Positions 25,044-38,769 of a stretch of 64,000 bases of DNA are shown here, piece by piece. The notes beneath the pieces are model-generated. The model was not told the DNA's origin, did no database searches, and saw nothing but the letters and a program-made list of their open reading frames with translations. Every line of letters begins with the position of its first letter. The first letter of the stretch is position 1. A program made the position numbers and the translations under genes. Source of the stretch: Octopus vulgaris (Eukaryota); the NCBI GenBank assembly GCA_951406725.2, contig OX597831.1, forward strand, positions 27,156,001-27,220,000, written 5' to 3'.

Positions 25044-25312
25044 GGAGCAAAAACGCAATAGAGGGCATTAAAACGTTCGGACAGACAGACGACACAAAGG
25101 CGAACAAGAGAAATAACAATGAGAAGAACAGGCAATACATATATACATACGAAAGGCTTCTTTCAGTTTCCGTCTACCAAATCCATTCACAAGGCTTTGG
25201 TCGGCCCGAGGCTATAGTAGAAGACACTTGCCCAAGGTGCCACGTAGTGGGACTGAACCCGGAACGTTGTGCTTGGGAAGCAAACTTCTTACTACACAGC
25301 CACTCCTACGCC
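24614..25312 (-). mobile_element. SINE-A with other fragments inserted in its internal TA tract
   Basis: 3' half at 24614-24817, 5' half at 25150-25312. Confidence 0.8.
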
Positions 25313-25316
25313 TATA

Positions 25317-25525
25317 TACTCTTTTACTCTTTTACTTGTTTCAGTCATTTGACTACGGCCATGCTGGAGCACCGCCTTCAATCGAGCAACTCGACCCCGG
25401 GACTTATTCTTTTGTAAGCCCAGTACTTATTCTATCGATCTCTTTTGCCGAACCGCTAAGTTACGGGGACGTAAACTCACCAGCATCGGTTGTCAAGCAA
25501 TGCTAGGGAGACAAACACAGACACA

Positions 25526-25575
<50 letters not shown>

Positions 25576-25746
25576 CATATATACGACGGGCTTCTTTCAG
25601 TTTTCGTCTACCAAATCCATTCACAAGGCTTTGGTCAGCCCGAGGCAATAGTAGAAGACACTTGCGCAAGGTACCACGTAGTGGGACTGAACCCGGAACG
25701 TTGTGCTTGAGAAGCAAACTTCTTACCACACAGCCACTCCTGCGCC
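25317..25746 (-). mobile_element. SINE-A
   Basis: Consensus match. Confidence 0.9.
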
Positions 25747-25770
25747 TATATGTATATCATATACATATCA

Positions 25771-26108
25771 CTTTTGCCAGAGCTGGATAGAAGCCCAGCT
25801 CATAGAAACATCAACGACTACGCCAACTTTGCAGAGCTCCAGACTTGCAGCTGAGAGCGGATCTTGTTCAGCAGTTAAAGCGCTCCAAGCAGACCGTAAC
25901 GATGACACTATGTCCAGACATAGTTATTTTCTCAACTCCTCAACCTGATAAGTGATTACGTTTGAAGAACACATGGACGAGGCTCGTAAGAGAAATCTTA
26001 TCAAAATACCAGGAGGTGGTAGAACTATACAGAAAGCACCAGGACGGGTAGGCACGTTGCGAGGCAATTGAAGTAAGCTGTCTTGGTTTTATGGGATGTT
26101 CGCTCAGG
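25771..26108 (+). pseudogene. Relic of the restriction-like endonuclease (RLE) domain of a HERO/NeSL-type non-LTR retrotransposon
   Basis: Across frames: FARAG*KP...DLQLRADLVQQLK...TLCPDIVIFS...FEEHMDEARKR...KYQEVVE...ARCEAIEVSCLGFMGCSL, matching the RPD...E...K..KY..L...EVGCRGF pattern. Confidence 0.75.
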
Positions 26109-26326
26109 TGGTGGCGCGTGGCTTTGTGGTTAGGTGTGTTATGCACATGATTGTAAGATTGTGGTTTCGATTCCTGGACCAGGCGATGTGCTGTGTTGTT
26201 TAACAAAACACTTCATTTCACGTTGCGGAGTCCACAATTGGAAACATTCGGGCCAATTTCCGATTCGAGTATAGCGAGATTTAAAGGAGAAAGTGAGAAA
26301 ACAAGTTGCGGAAGTGAGTCGGTGAC

Positions 26327-26930
26327 CAGGCGCGGTCTCAGCACTAGCGTAGCTAGATCGTGTACCACCCGGGGCGGCCCTCCTGTTTGCCGGCCCCGGA
26401 CCCCATAAAAATCACATATATATTTCTTTATTGCCAACATGGGGCCAAGCATAGAGGGGACAAACAAGGACAGAAAAAGGGATTAAGTCGATTATATCGA
26501 CCTCAGTGTGCAACTGGTATTTATTTAATCGACCCCGAAAGGATGAAAGGCAAAGATGACCTCGGCGGAATTAGAACGTAGAACGTAACGGCAGACGAAA
26601 TACCGCTAAGCACATCGCCGGACGTGCTAACGATTCTGCCAGCTCGCCGCCACACACACAAAAAAAAATTGCCTACAGCAATAGTCTACAACAGAAGGAA
26701 AATTGCCGCCCCTTTAAAAGTGCCGCCTAGGGCGGACCGCTCCCTTACACCCCCATCCCCCACCCCCGCTACGCTTGTGGGTCCCAGAAAGTTTTCGTAG
26801 GGTGGGCACAAGGTTAGAAGGGAATACAATTCTACGAGAAAATGGCATAATAACATTATTTAGTAGGCGCACTTTTTTTTCCTGAGGGTGGCACGTTCCC
26901 TTCAGGCTCCACCTTGGGTCCGTCCCTAGT
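26327..26930. mobile_element. Nested GC-rich hAT-like MITEs containing a SINE-B (26423-26650, -)
   Basis: Inner element cactagcgtagc...gctacgcttgtg (26342-26779) flanked by 8-bp ggtctcag/ggtcccag; outer ends caggcgcgg.../...ggtccgtcccta. Confidence 0.5.
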
Positions 26931-27366
26931 GACCCAGCTTGCTATACTTACTTCGAAGTCCCTGTTGTACGATCATAAAAACATACTACGTAAACTTATA
27001 GTCAGTCATTCAGTTTCATTTTCGTTTTCTTTTAGCGTATAGAAACGTACCATCGATATATAAGATAAATATATACACATAAACACACACACGCATATAC
27101 ATACACACGTACGCACACATGTATATACACACATATTGATGAATGCAGAGACACATTCTTAAATCTATTCGTGAAGGTGTGCGTGCTTGCGTGTGTGCGC
27201 GTGCGTGCATGCGTGTGTTTGTGTGGTGTGTGCATGCGTATCTGTCTATATATGTGTGTAGAGATCATATGCGTGCGTATGTGTGTATGTATGCATGTAT
27301 GTATACTTGCACGTATGTGTGGATGTACCCATATATATATATATGTGCATACACACACACACACAT

Positions 27367-27424
<58 letters not shown>

Positions 27425-27591
27425 CACGTACACAGAGAATACTATAGAATGCAAGAATGTAATAAATGTGTGTATATACATATATACACACACATATACA
27501 TATATATATATATATACATACATACATACATACATACATACATACATGCATGCATGCATGCATACATGCATGCATACATACATACATACAT

Positions 27592-27626
<35 letters not shown>

Positions 27627-27936
27627 TAAATACTGTTGTGTCTGGGGAGAGTCATTTTCTTTTTGCGCCTTATAATTTAACACACTCACCGGTAAAATTT
27701 CCACTTATTTCTTTTTATTTTCCTAAAATTTTTGTTGCGTCTTGCAACTTGTTCAATAGTCTTGACTCTTTTACCAGTGAGTGTATTAAATTATAAGGCA
27801 CAAAAAGAAAATGACTCTCCCCAGACACAACAGAATATGCTTCAACACACGAAACTCACACAAAGAATCTTGCAAACCAAATCCAAAACCGAAACATACA
27901 TACATACATACATACATACATACATACATACATACA

Positions 27937-27971
<35 letters not shown>

Positions 27972-28073
27972 GCATGTATGTATATAAAAATGTATGTACT
28001 AATATATATGCATGTATATATACACATACATTTATTACATTATGTATGCATTCTATAGCATTCTCTATTTGTT

Positions 28074-28122
<49 letters not shown>

Positions 28123-28429
28123 AACAATACATATATGCATATATATACATACGTATATGTACACACATCTATACGTATATATATATATATATGCATATGT
28201 GGGTAATCTTTCTTTCCCCGAGCGTCTGCTAATACTTTGCATGTACCACGTACTCGCGTTGTTATTTTGTGTTTGTTCTTCATATTTTGGGGGTATTTAC
28301 TATATATATATATATATATATGATCCGGTTCTTGACTGAAGATTGAAGGCTTCGAATGTCCCGTCCGTGTTTTTTGTATCGTCTTCTAAATGTTTCACGT
28401 TCTTGTCCCAGTTTGTATTTTTTTACTTT

Positions 28430-28470
<41 letters not shown>

Positions 28471-28518
28471 CAATTACTATGAAGCATTATGTAAGAGGTC
28501 TTACTCACGATCCTTTAT

Positions 28519-28575
<57 letters not shown>

Positions 28576-28841
28576 ATACAATTAGAATAATCTATGTGAT
28601 ATGCGTCCATATTAGATTCTTTTGTTTGTGAGAGTCCTCAACCGATGTTAGGCGATAATCCCAAAAAGGTCGTATTAGCTCTTAGTTGAGAATAACGTCG
28701 TCCGGGAGGTGATTTATTGATAAAACGGTAAGATAACAAAAGAAAGAAAGAGACCTCAATATTATGTAAATAGAGTTTAGAATAATCTTATTTACATAAT
28801 ATTGAGGTCTCTTTCTTTCTTTTGTTATCTTACCGTTTTAT

Positions 28842-28872
<31 letters not shown>

Positions 28873-29050
28873 CTTACATACACTCATACATAAATTTATT
28901 TTCAGATGCATATATATATACACACACAAATACCCATACCCAAATTACATGTGCATTCACACACGCGCGATCACACACACACACACACACACAGTGTGAC
29001 ACAAATACACACACACATGCATATTGATCTATCTATATATAGATGCATGA

Positions 29051-29214
29051 ATAAAAATAGAAGGGGTGAAGGGTAGGAGGGTGCAGCTGAGAATTGACTG
29101 AGGGTAGGACGAGCAACAGTGTGAGTGGAACGATAGGCGAGTCACTCTCACTCGCTCACTCGCTCGCTCACTCACTCACTCAGAAGCGTTCGGATAGCGG
29201 ATCACCATATATGG
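29051..29214. promoter_or_regulatory. Candidate enhancer: CArG box, E-box and MEF2-like site
   Basis: CCATATATGG at 29205-29214, CAGCTG at 29084-29089 and ATAAAAATAG at 29051-29060, in a unique island. Confidence 0.25.
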
Positions 29215-29459
29215 TAATAGACAAATGAATGAATTCGGAATTTGTATGAATGAACGATGGAATGACAGAACAGCGGAATGAATAAAAGATGAAACATAAG
29301 AATGAAAAAAAAAAAAGAAAAAAATCTTCAGAAAAAAGTATTAAAACAATGAATAAATAAATAAATAAATATAGGTTTGAAGGAAAAGGTTATCTTGATT
29401 GAATGAAGAAGCTTCTAGATGTGGAGATGGGGGTGGAGGTAAGGTGGGTGGGGTGTAGG

Positions 29460-30205
29460 GAGGTTGGTGGTTGTTGCAAGTGGTGGTGCAAGGCTGCTGT
29501 TGGCGGTGGTGGTGGTTATGGTGGTGGTGGCGGCGGCTGTGGTTGTGGTGGTGGTACTGGTACTGGTGCTGGTGCAAGAGATGTGGTGGTGGTGGTGATA
29601 GTGCTTGTGATGGTGGTAGCAGCGGTGGTGGTGGTGGTGGTGGTGCTTGTGGTGCTGGTGATGCAGTGGTTGCGGTGGTTGTGGTGGTGGTGGTAGTGAT
29701 GGTAGTGGTGGCGGCGGCGGCTGTGGTTGTGGTGGTGGTGGTGGTGGTGCTACTGGTGCTGGTACTGGTGCTGGTGCCAGAGATGTGGTGGCAGTGGTGG
29801 TGGTGGTGGTGGTGGTGGTGCTTGTGATGGTGGTAGCAGCGGTGGTGGTGGTGGTGCTTGTGGTGCTGGTGATGCAGTGGTTGCGGTGGTGGTGGTGGTG
29901 ATTGCAGTAGTTGTGGTTGTGATGGTGGTGGTGGTGAGTGGGTGTGGTGGCGGCTGTGGTTGTGGTGGTGGTGGTGCTGCTGCTGCTGGTGCTATTGGCG
30001 GTGCTATTGGCGGTGGTGTTGGTGGCGGTGGTGGTGTTGGTGGTGGTGGAGGTGTGGTGGTGGTGATTGGCGGTTGTAGTGGTGGTGGTGGTGTGATGGT
30101 GATGGTAACGCTCGTGATCGTGGTAGCAGTGGTGGTGGTGATGGTGGTGGTAGTGATGGTGATGGTTGTGATGGTGGTGGTGATTGTGGTTGTTGTGGTG
30201 ATGTG
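29460..30205. repeat. (GGT)n-rich array with internal block duplications
   Basis: Direct inspection; the block agcagcggtggtggt...gcttgtggtgctggtgatgcagtggttgcgg occurs twice. Confidence 0.9.
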
Positions 30206-30925
30206 TAGATGTTGGTACTTAGCCCCAGGTCAGCTTCGATCCAGCAGCCTTATAGTCAAAGGGAATACAGACCTACCCATCCAATTTTCTTGGGTTTATA
30301 TAGACCTCCATAAAACTAATATGTGTGTATGTTTGTGTGAGCGTGTGTGTGTGTGTGTCTGTTCGTGTGTGTATGTTTTTACGTTCAGTTATAATAAAAG
30401 CAATTTTACATTTATTTGATGGATTTTTCTATACTGTTATAGAATGCAATTCTATTATTTTTAGACATGGATATTATTGACAGTGACTTCGAAGTCTTGG
30501 CCAACTAAGCCATCGTCAGACCGCAGCCCAACGATGGTTTAGCGGGCCGAAACTTAGCATCTTATTTTGAGATGCGCGCACGTGTATGTATGTATGTATG
30601 TAAAAGTATGTACTAATATATATGCATATATATATATGCATATATATATATGCATATATATACACATTTATTACAGATATATGTATGCATTCTATAGCAT
30701 TCACTATGTGTATGTGCATGTATATATATATATGTGTGTGTATGCATACATATATATGGGTACATCCACACATACGTACAGGTATACATACATGAATACA
30801 TACACACATACGCACGCATATGATCTCTACATATATAGATAGACAGATACGCATGCGTGTGTCTTAGGTTGGAAAGAAATTCCGGTCACATTTCTGACAT
30901 GACATCTTTGTGTTACTTTTACAAT

Positions 30926-31158
30926 CTCTCTCTCTCTCTTTATCCGCTCAGGCGAAGTCGACTCTCGGTCACCCGTTGGATCAGTGTCCTCCAGTCAGTT
31001 CTATCCTGGGCCGCTTCTCTCAGATTGGCTATGTCCATTCCGGTATCGCTCTTGATGGTGTCAAGCCAGCGGGTTCTTGATCGGCCTATTCCTCTCTTGC
31101 CACTGACCATTCCGAGCATGATGTCCTTCTCCAGGGATTTTCTCCGCATAATATGACC
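30926..31158 (-). mobile_element. 5'-truncated RTE-clade LINE (ORF C-terminus plus (GA)n tail)
   Basis: GHIMRRKSLEKDIMLG.VSGKR..GR.RTRWLD.IK...LREAAQDR..WR..I..VTESR.RL; perfect 12-bp TSD tacttttacaat at 30914-30925 and 31159-31170. Confidence 0.92.
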
Positions 31159-31307
31159 TACTTTTACAATACTTACTGTAAAATAAGCATTCGTTTTGCA
31201 TTCTTATGCGCATAACTTTATATCACAGGGGTCAAATTTGTATCGATTTTTACCCTTTTAAAATGAATTCAAAAGAATCTCTTGAGCAACGGAAGTCTAG
31301 CAATATT

Positions 31308-31726
31308 CTTTCTCTTTTACTCTTTTACTTGTTTCAGCCATTTGACTGTGGCCATGCTGGAGCACCGCCTTTTTAGTCGAGCAAATCGACCCCAGGACTT
31401 ATTCTTTGTAAGCCTAGTACTTATTCTATCGGCCTCTTTTACCGGACCGCTAATGTTACGGGGACGTAAACACACCAGCATCGGTTGTCAAGCGATGTTG
31501 GGGGACAAACACACACACACACACATACACAAACATATATATATATATATATACATATATACATATATACGATGGGCTTCTTTCAATTTCCGTTTACCAA
31601 ATCCACTCACAAGGCTTTGATCAGCCCGAGGCTATAGTAGAAGACACCTGCCCAAGGTGCCACGCAGTGGGACTGAACCTGGAACCATGTGGTTGGTAAG
31701 CAAGCTAGCTACCACACAGCCACTCC
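31308..31726 (-). mobile_element. SINE-A
   Basis: Consensus match. Confidence 0.9.
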
Positions 31727-32171
31727 ACTCCTGGATTGTTCAAAAATTTGCAGAAATAACGCCAGTCATTCGTCAGTCGTAAAGGGGTTTTGTTTTTAAA
31801 TGATAACAGGGGGTCACATATTGCCAAAGTCGTCCAAGAAAAGATTGTGACACTAAAGACGACAGTTTTGTCTCATCCTCGTTACTTTCCTGACCTTGTT
31901 TTTCTGAGAATCATCTTTTGGATTCATTGCAGTATTATTTAGAAGAAAACAGTTTATTAATTGTGAAGGGGTTAGAAACGATATTGAGTATTTCTTTGTT
32001 TCAAAAGCTGAAGAATTTTACGTCCAAAGGATCGACCATTTGCCAAAGAGATGAGATTATGTTATCAATAATGACCGAAAATTTTAACTTCTTTAAATAT
32101 ATCAATTAAGACCAAAGAACCATTTTTTTCTTTCCGTCATGAAATGCGACAACACTTTCTTTCCAATCTGG

Positions 32172-32204
<33 letters not shown>

Positions 32205-32254
32205 TATTTACATACATGCATGCATACATACATTCATTCATTCATTCATTGCTG

Positions 32255-32545
32255 AGACACCCTTCGGTCATGACTGACCGTGGGATTGCACCTAGAAAGG
32301 CACATGTCCGGCCAAGGTTGTTTTGTAGAAGACCAGCAGTTTTGTAGTGGACCATGCATATCAGCCTCCCCTCTCCACGCCACCAGTGTTATCCAAGGGA
32401 AAGACAAAGGGCAATACAGCTTGGCACCAGTAATGTCGCAACTCATTTCATGCTGAAGAACACAACACGTAGCCCGGTCCGGGATTCGAACTCACAACCC
32501 CACGATCGTAAGCTCGACGCTCTAACCACTGAGCCATGCGCCTTC
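32255..32545 (-). mobile_element. SINE-D-like head with tail Y
   Basis: Homologous to 48988-49316. Confidence 0.8.
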
Positions 32546-32683
32546 ACACACATGCACATACAAAAAAACACACATAAGAAATACATTCACACAAGCGCAC
32601 ACATATTCGTACAGGCCGTATTTACGCACCTACAAACATACATGTGTGTGTGTTTATGTGTGTGTGTGTGTGTGTGTGTGTGT

Positions 32684-32717
<34 letters not shown>

Positions 32718-33222
32718 AAGGGCTCCTTAGCCGTAGTGAAGGCAATCTATCTAGGGAGATAACCTTATAATAAATCACTGGGTCCGTAGCTTAGAAATAC
32801 TGGGTTGACGTCCAGCGGGAACAGCTTTGTTTCATGGAGGAGGAAAGATCTTCTTTAGTACTTGGTTGTACAATGCTTTCCAATGTGTGTAGTAGTGGCG
32901 CGCGCACACATTATTAGCCATTTGAAAAGACTATGATAGTCTTGACCACGGTCGAACAATGATGATGATGATGATGATGTGTGTGTGTAAGTAGAGTGTT
33001 CTGATTACGGTCTCTTTCAAACAAGCAGAGAGATCAGTATATTTGTAGAATAACAACTTTATTGCTTCGGTTCAATGACTCACAGTGACCGACAGTTTGG
33101 TTCCTTGAAGAAAAAAAAATCATCAGATTGGGAGTGTTTTGGAATCGCTTTATTAATTTGGTACAGAACTGTGAGGAAGGTGATGTGGTGTGGTGCAGTA
33201 GGTGCGGGTTTTATTATTTTTG

Positions 33223-33533
33223 TTTATGCGCCCTTTTCAAACCTAGCCAGGCTCATGGGCCCGGTTTCCCGGTTTCTATGGTGTATGTGTTCGCCCCCAG
33301 CTGGACATGACGCCAGTCCATCGCAGCGTTAAACACGAAACAGGAAGAAAGAGTGAGAGAAAGTTGGGGCGAAAGAGTACAACAAACAGGGGTCGCCACC
33401 ATTCTCTGCCGGAGCCTCGTGGAGCTTTAGGTGTTTTCGCTCAATAAACATACACAACGCCCGGTCTGGGAATCGAAACCGCGATCCTCCGACCGCGAGT
33501 CCGCTGCCCTAACCACTGGGCCAATGCGCCTCC
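33223..33533 (-). mobile_element. SINE-C head with tail X
   Basis: Head matches 2895; tail matches 58305-58410. Confidence 0.8.
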
Positions 33534-33627
33534 ACAGGTGGGGTTTTCGTGTGGTGAAGTGGAGGATGGGGATACTTTTATTCTAATTCGTTTCCATTTA
33601 CTGTATGTATGTTTGTATGTATGTATG

Positions 33628-33661
<34 letters not shown>

Positions 33662-33689
33662 TGTATGTATGAATGATTGTATGAATGCA

Positions 33690-33740
<51 letters not shown>

Positions 33741-33763
33741 ATCTTTTCCCTTTCGCTGCATAT

Positions 33764-33810
<47 letters not shown>

Positions 33811-33812
<2 letters not shown>

Positions 33813-34080
33813 TCTTTTACTCTTTTGACTCTTTTATTTGTTTCAGTCATTTTGACTGCGGCCATGCTGGAGCACCGCCTTTAGTCGAGCAAATCGATCC
33901 CCAGGACTTATTCTTTGTAAGCGTAGTACTTATTCCATCGGTCTCTTTAGCCGAACGGCAAATGTTACGAGGACGTAAACACACCAGCATCGGTTGTCAA
34001 GTGAAGGTTGGGGAGAGGGGGACGAACACAGATACACAAACACACTCACTCTCTCTCTCTCTCTCTCACACACTCACACG

Positions 34081-34125
<45 letters not shown>

Positions 34126-34287
34126 GACGGGCTTCTTCCAGGTTCCGTTAACCAAATCCACTCACAAGGCTTTTGTCGACCCGAGGCTATAGCAGAAGAC
34201 ACTTGCCCAACGTGCCACGCAGTGGGACTGAACCCGGAACCATGTGGTTCGTTAGCAAACTCCCTACCACACAGTCACTCCTACGCC
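33811..34287 (-). mobile_element. SINE-A
   Basis: Consensus match. Confidence 0.9.
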
Positions 34288-34621
34288 TGTTATGTATGTA
34301 TACATCTGCACAAATGTATATATATATATATATATATATTATGTGATATTTTGTTGTTTTTCCCTCCATATCTACGTGAATTATTTTTGAGTAAGCACTT
34401 TCAGGGAGATTCTTCTTAAAGTAGTAGAAATGGCTAGAGAAAATTTTTTTAGCTGCTATTTCTAAAAATTTCAGTATGTGGCAAAGTAAATTATTTTACT
34501 GAGCACTTAATTATATAAAGTAATATTTTGAATACGCCTTGAATGGTCCTTTTACATACTGAACACTACTTGGTGAAATTAATTAATAACTAATTGATTT
34601 TACCCTTAATTATTGATAATG

Positions 34622-34671
<50 letters not shown>

Positions 34672-34700
34672 AACCATGTAGTTGGTAAGCAAGCTATTTA

Positions 34701-34780
<80 letters not shown>

Positions 34781-35170
34781 GGTATGTATGTGGGCGTGAA
34801 TGCATGAATGAGTAAAGTAAATGCCTGCTTTTATGATTATATAAACAACAAAGATTGATAAGTTTAATTCGTTAGTAAGGAAGGCTGCACGAGGGCTGAA
34901 TTGTCCCATGGGTACGGTATTAGCGAATAAAGCTTTTTTAAATATATAATAGATCATTGACTGGGATTACTAAGCGGGCAATTTGAAGTAGGAGGACACA
35001 AGGGTAATAATGTTCGTTGGTGGTATTTTATGGTTTTTAGTAAAATACTTTTATGAGTGGGTTGGGTAGTTTAGGGGGAGTGTTGGTTCGTGGACCTAAT
35101 ACATATGTATATATGTGTGTCTACTCATGTGCATATGTGTGTGTCTATATATGCGTGCCGTTAGTAGGTA

Positions 35171-35691
35171 TTGGGTTGTCCGGAAAGTTCGTGCCGATTT
35201 TTAAAGGAAAGAAAAAGGTCAATAAATACTTTGCCATTACATTTTTAATCAACCAAATATGAACCATTTTGTTGCACAATGCGTCTTCATCTTTCCTTTA
35301 ACTTGAAAATACCCTCTTCCCAGAACTGAGGTGGTGTCATGGCAAATAATTCATCAATATATCTTTTTACATAATCTAAGGAATTGAAATTTTTACCATT
35401 AAGACTATTCTGCAGAGACCTGAATAAGTGGAAATGCAAAGGAGCTGCAGCAATTTTTGTCTGATTCCCAAAGTATCAAGTGCCGAAAATGAACTTTCCT
35501 ATCTTCCATTTCAAAGGGTCACAGAATTAACACAGGTTATAGGAACATAAACCTTCTTCCACGAAAAGATAGCTTAAACTGTGCTCTAAATGGAGGTGTA
35601 GTCAAATTCTATTTTATGGACTCAACCATGTTCTAAAATAAGACGAAATGTAAGCTACTATAAATTGGCATGAACTTTCCGGACAACCCAA
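35171..35691 (-). mobile_element. Internally deleted non-autonomous mariner, copy 1
   Basis: TIRs ttgggttgtccggaaagttc / gaactttccggacaacccaa; TA TSD; homolog at 40490-41055. Confidence 0.92.
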
Positions 35692-35699
35692 TATTAACA

Positions 35700-36370
35700 C
35701 TGGCTTAAAATTTTTGCACCAGGTCAGAATGTTCAGTGGAGGAGGTAAATCGATTATATCAATCCCAATCCTATACTGGTACCTATTCTATTGACCCTAA
35801 AAGGGATGATGGGCAAAGTTGACCTCGGCGGCATTCGAACTCAGAAAGTAAAGACAGACGAGCTGCCGCTAAGCATTCGGCCCGGCGTGCTAACGATTCT
35901 GCCAGCTCGTCGCCCTAATATTAATACATACTAACAAGACGGAGAGCTGGCAAGATCGTTAGCATGCCGGGTCGAATGCTTAGCAGTATTTCGTCCGTCT
36001 TTACGTTCTGACTTCAAATTCCGCCGAGGTCGACTTTGCCTTTCATCCTTTCGGGGTCGATAAATTAAATACCAGTTGCGTACTGGGGTAGATCTAATCG
36101 ACTGGCCCCCTTCCCCCAAATTTCAGGCCTTGTGCCTTGAGTAGGAAAGAATATAAATATATACAAACAAGGCGGAGAGTTAGCAAAATGCTTAGTTGCA
36201 TTTCGTCTGTCTTTACGTTCTGAGTTCAAATCCTGCCAAAGTCGACTTTGCTTTTCATTTTCGGTGGGGTTGGGTGAGGGGTCTATAACATAAATACCAG
36301 CTGAGCACTGGGGTCGATGTAATCGACTTGCCACTCTCCGAAAACTTCAGACTTTATTCCTGTAGTAGAG
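35700..36370. mobile_element. Cluster of three SINE-B copies (- 35700-35914; + 35938-36150; + 36171-36370)
   Basis: Consensus matches; the first two are head-to-head. Confidence 0.85.
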
Positions 36371-36407
36371 AAAAATATCATTAGATGTTAATAAGTATTT
36401 TAAAAAA

Positions 36408-36953
<546 letters not shown>

Positions 36954-37139
36954 CTTATGTAAAGATCCACCTATATGTAACCATTGCTACTTGTACTTGC
37001 GTATGTGCGTGTGTTTGTAGGCTTCCAAATAATACGATAGCTCAAGTTACCATTTGAAGACCTCACAACGTTTTTACGCTCTTCCAAGTTTCTGATTAAA
37101 TAAACTTTCGCTGGTGTTTTATATCAAAGACACACATAC

Positions 37140-37233
<94 letters not shown>

Positions 37234-37454
37234 ACATGAAATACATCACACACGCCGCTCACATGTTTATTTGTTTTTATATCCATATCTCCTTGTGTTG
37301 TGTAATGCTTGAATATGCGTTCTCCGTATTTACATGTATATCGTGTTGAGAATAAATTCACATGTTTTTCCATGTGTAAACGTAAGTGCCAATGCATGCG
37401 AATGCGCGTTTCTACATGTTTGTCTATATGTACACATGTGTGTGTTGTGTTTGC

Positions 37455-37487
<33 letters not shown>

Positions 37488-37672
37488 TGTATGTATGTAT
37501 GTATGTATGAATGTACGTATGTATGTATGTATGTATGTATTTATGTATGTATGTATGTATGTATGTATGTATGTATGTATGTATGTATGTATATATGTAT
37601 GTATGTACGTATGTATGTATGCATGCATGTATGTATGTGTGTGTGTATATATATATATGTTATATATGTATG

Positions 37673-37732
<60 letters not shown>

Positions 37733-37733
37733 A

Positions 37734-37764
<31 letters not shown>

Positions 37765-37870
37765 GCATGTATGTATGCATGCATGTATTATTAGGTGTGT
37801 ATGTATGCATGTGTGCGTAAATATATAATTGTATGTATGCGTGTATGTAATATGTGGGTATGTATATGGA

Positions 37871-38769
37871 TCTAAATAATGCATGTATGTATGTATGTAT
37901 ATATTTATGTATCTGTGTATATGTATATGCGCGTGTGTATATGTATATGTGTATGTATGTATACATGTATGTGTGTACGTATATATATGTGTATCTCTAT
38001 CTGTCTGTGAGTGTGTTTGTGGAATTGTTCTTTTTATCGATTTTGATGAAACTTAACACGTGAATAGAACTAATGTCTGGAAAACTTATGGCATGCTCAG
38101 ATTGTTGAAAAAAATCCATAATAGGGCCCCTGGAAGGGATCCTTTTATATATCTAATATATTTTCTGTTAACAGCCAAGGGAAATAACCCATTCACCCTT
38201 TCTAACTATTTGGTCAAATTAAGTATGCTTATTTCTTAGTATTTGATCTGTTAGAATTATTTTCATAGTTTATCCAGAACAACCCTTAAACAAGTAAATA
38301 GTATTTCCCTAAACAATAGATCCACTTATTTCGGTTGGTGACTTATTCACGAATATACCAACACTAACGCCGCTGAGGGTAATATTCTCTGGGAACGCAC
38401 AAAAGCACTTTTCAGAGTTATTTACTTGGAATTGTTATTATCTCACGATTTTAGTATACATACCTTATTAGTATTTCCCCCTAAGTTCTATATACTCTGG
38501 GAATGCATTAAAGCTCTTTTCGGGGCTACTTTATTTGAATTCTTACTATCGGGTTACTAATTTCATGTTATTACATAACCGACTTCATCATTTGGGTATT
38601 CATAACTTATTGGGAATTCCTAAAACAAGATCCTGTGTAAGACAGTTCGGTATTCTCTGTAAAAGCACAAACACCGTTTTGAGGGTTACATGGTTTGTAT
38701 TGTTGTTATTGGGTTAGCGAAACAAGGGATAAGCCCCGCTTTCCCGGGAATTACCGGGTACGTCAGCTA

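Larger units (their letters stand above)
30864..32171 (+). mobile_element. Old decayed mariner hosting an RTE fragment and a SINE-A
   Basis: Degenerate TIRs taggttggaaagaaat.. / ..actttctttccaatctg; relic RKGVLFLNDN..HIAK..QEKI..LSHPRYFPDL..DSLQYYL. Confidence 0.75.

Noticed and set aside
29727-30419. Gly/Val-rich ORF resembling a structural protein
   Set aside because: The (GGT)n array is open in several frames, with no signal peptide or consistent splice context
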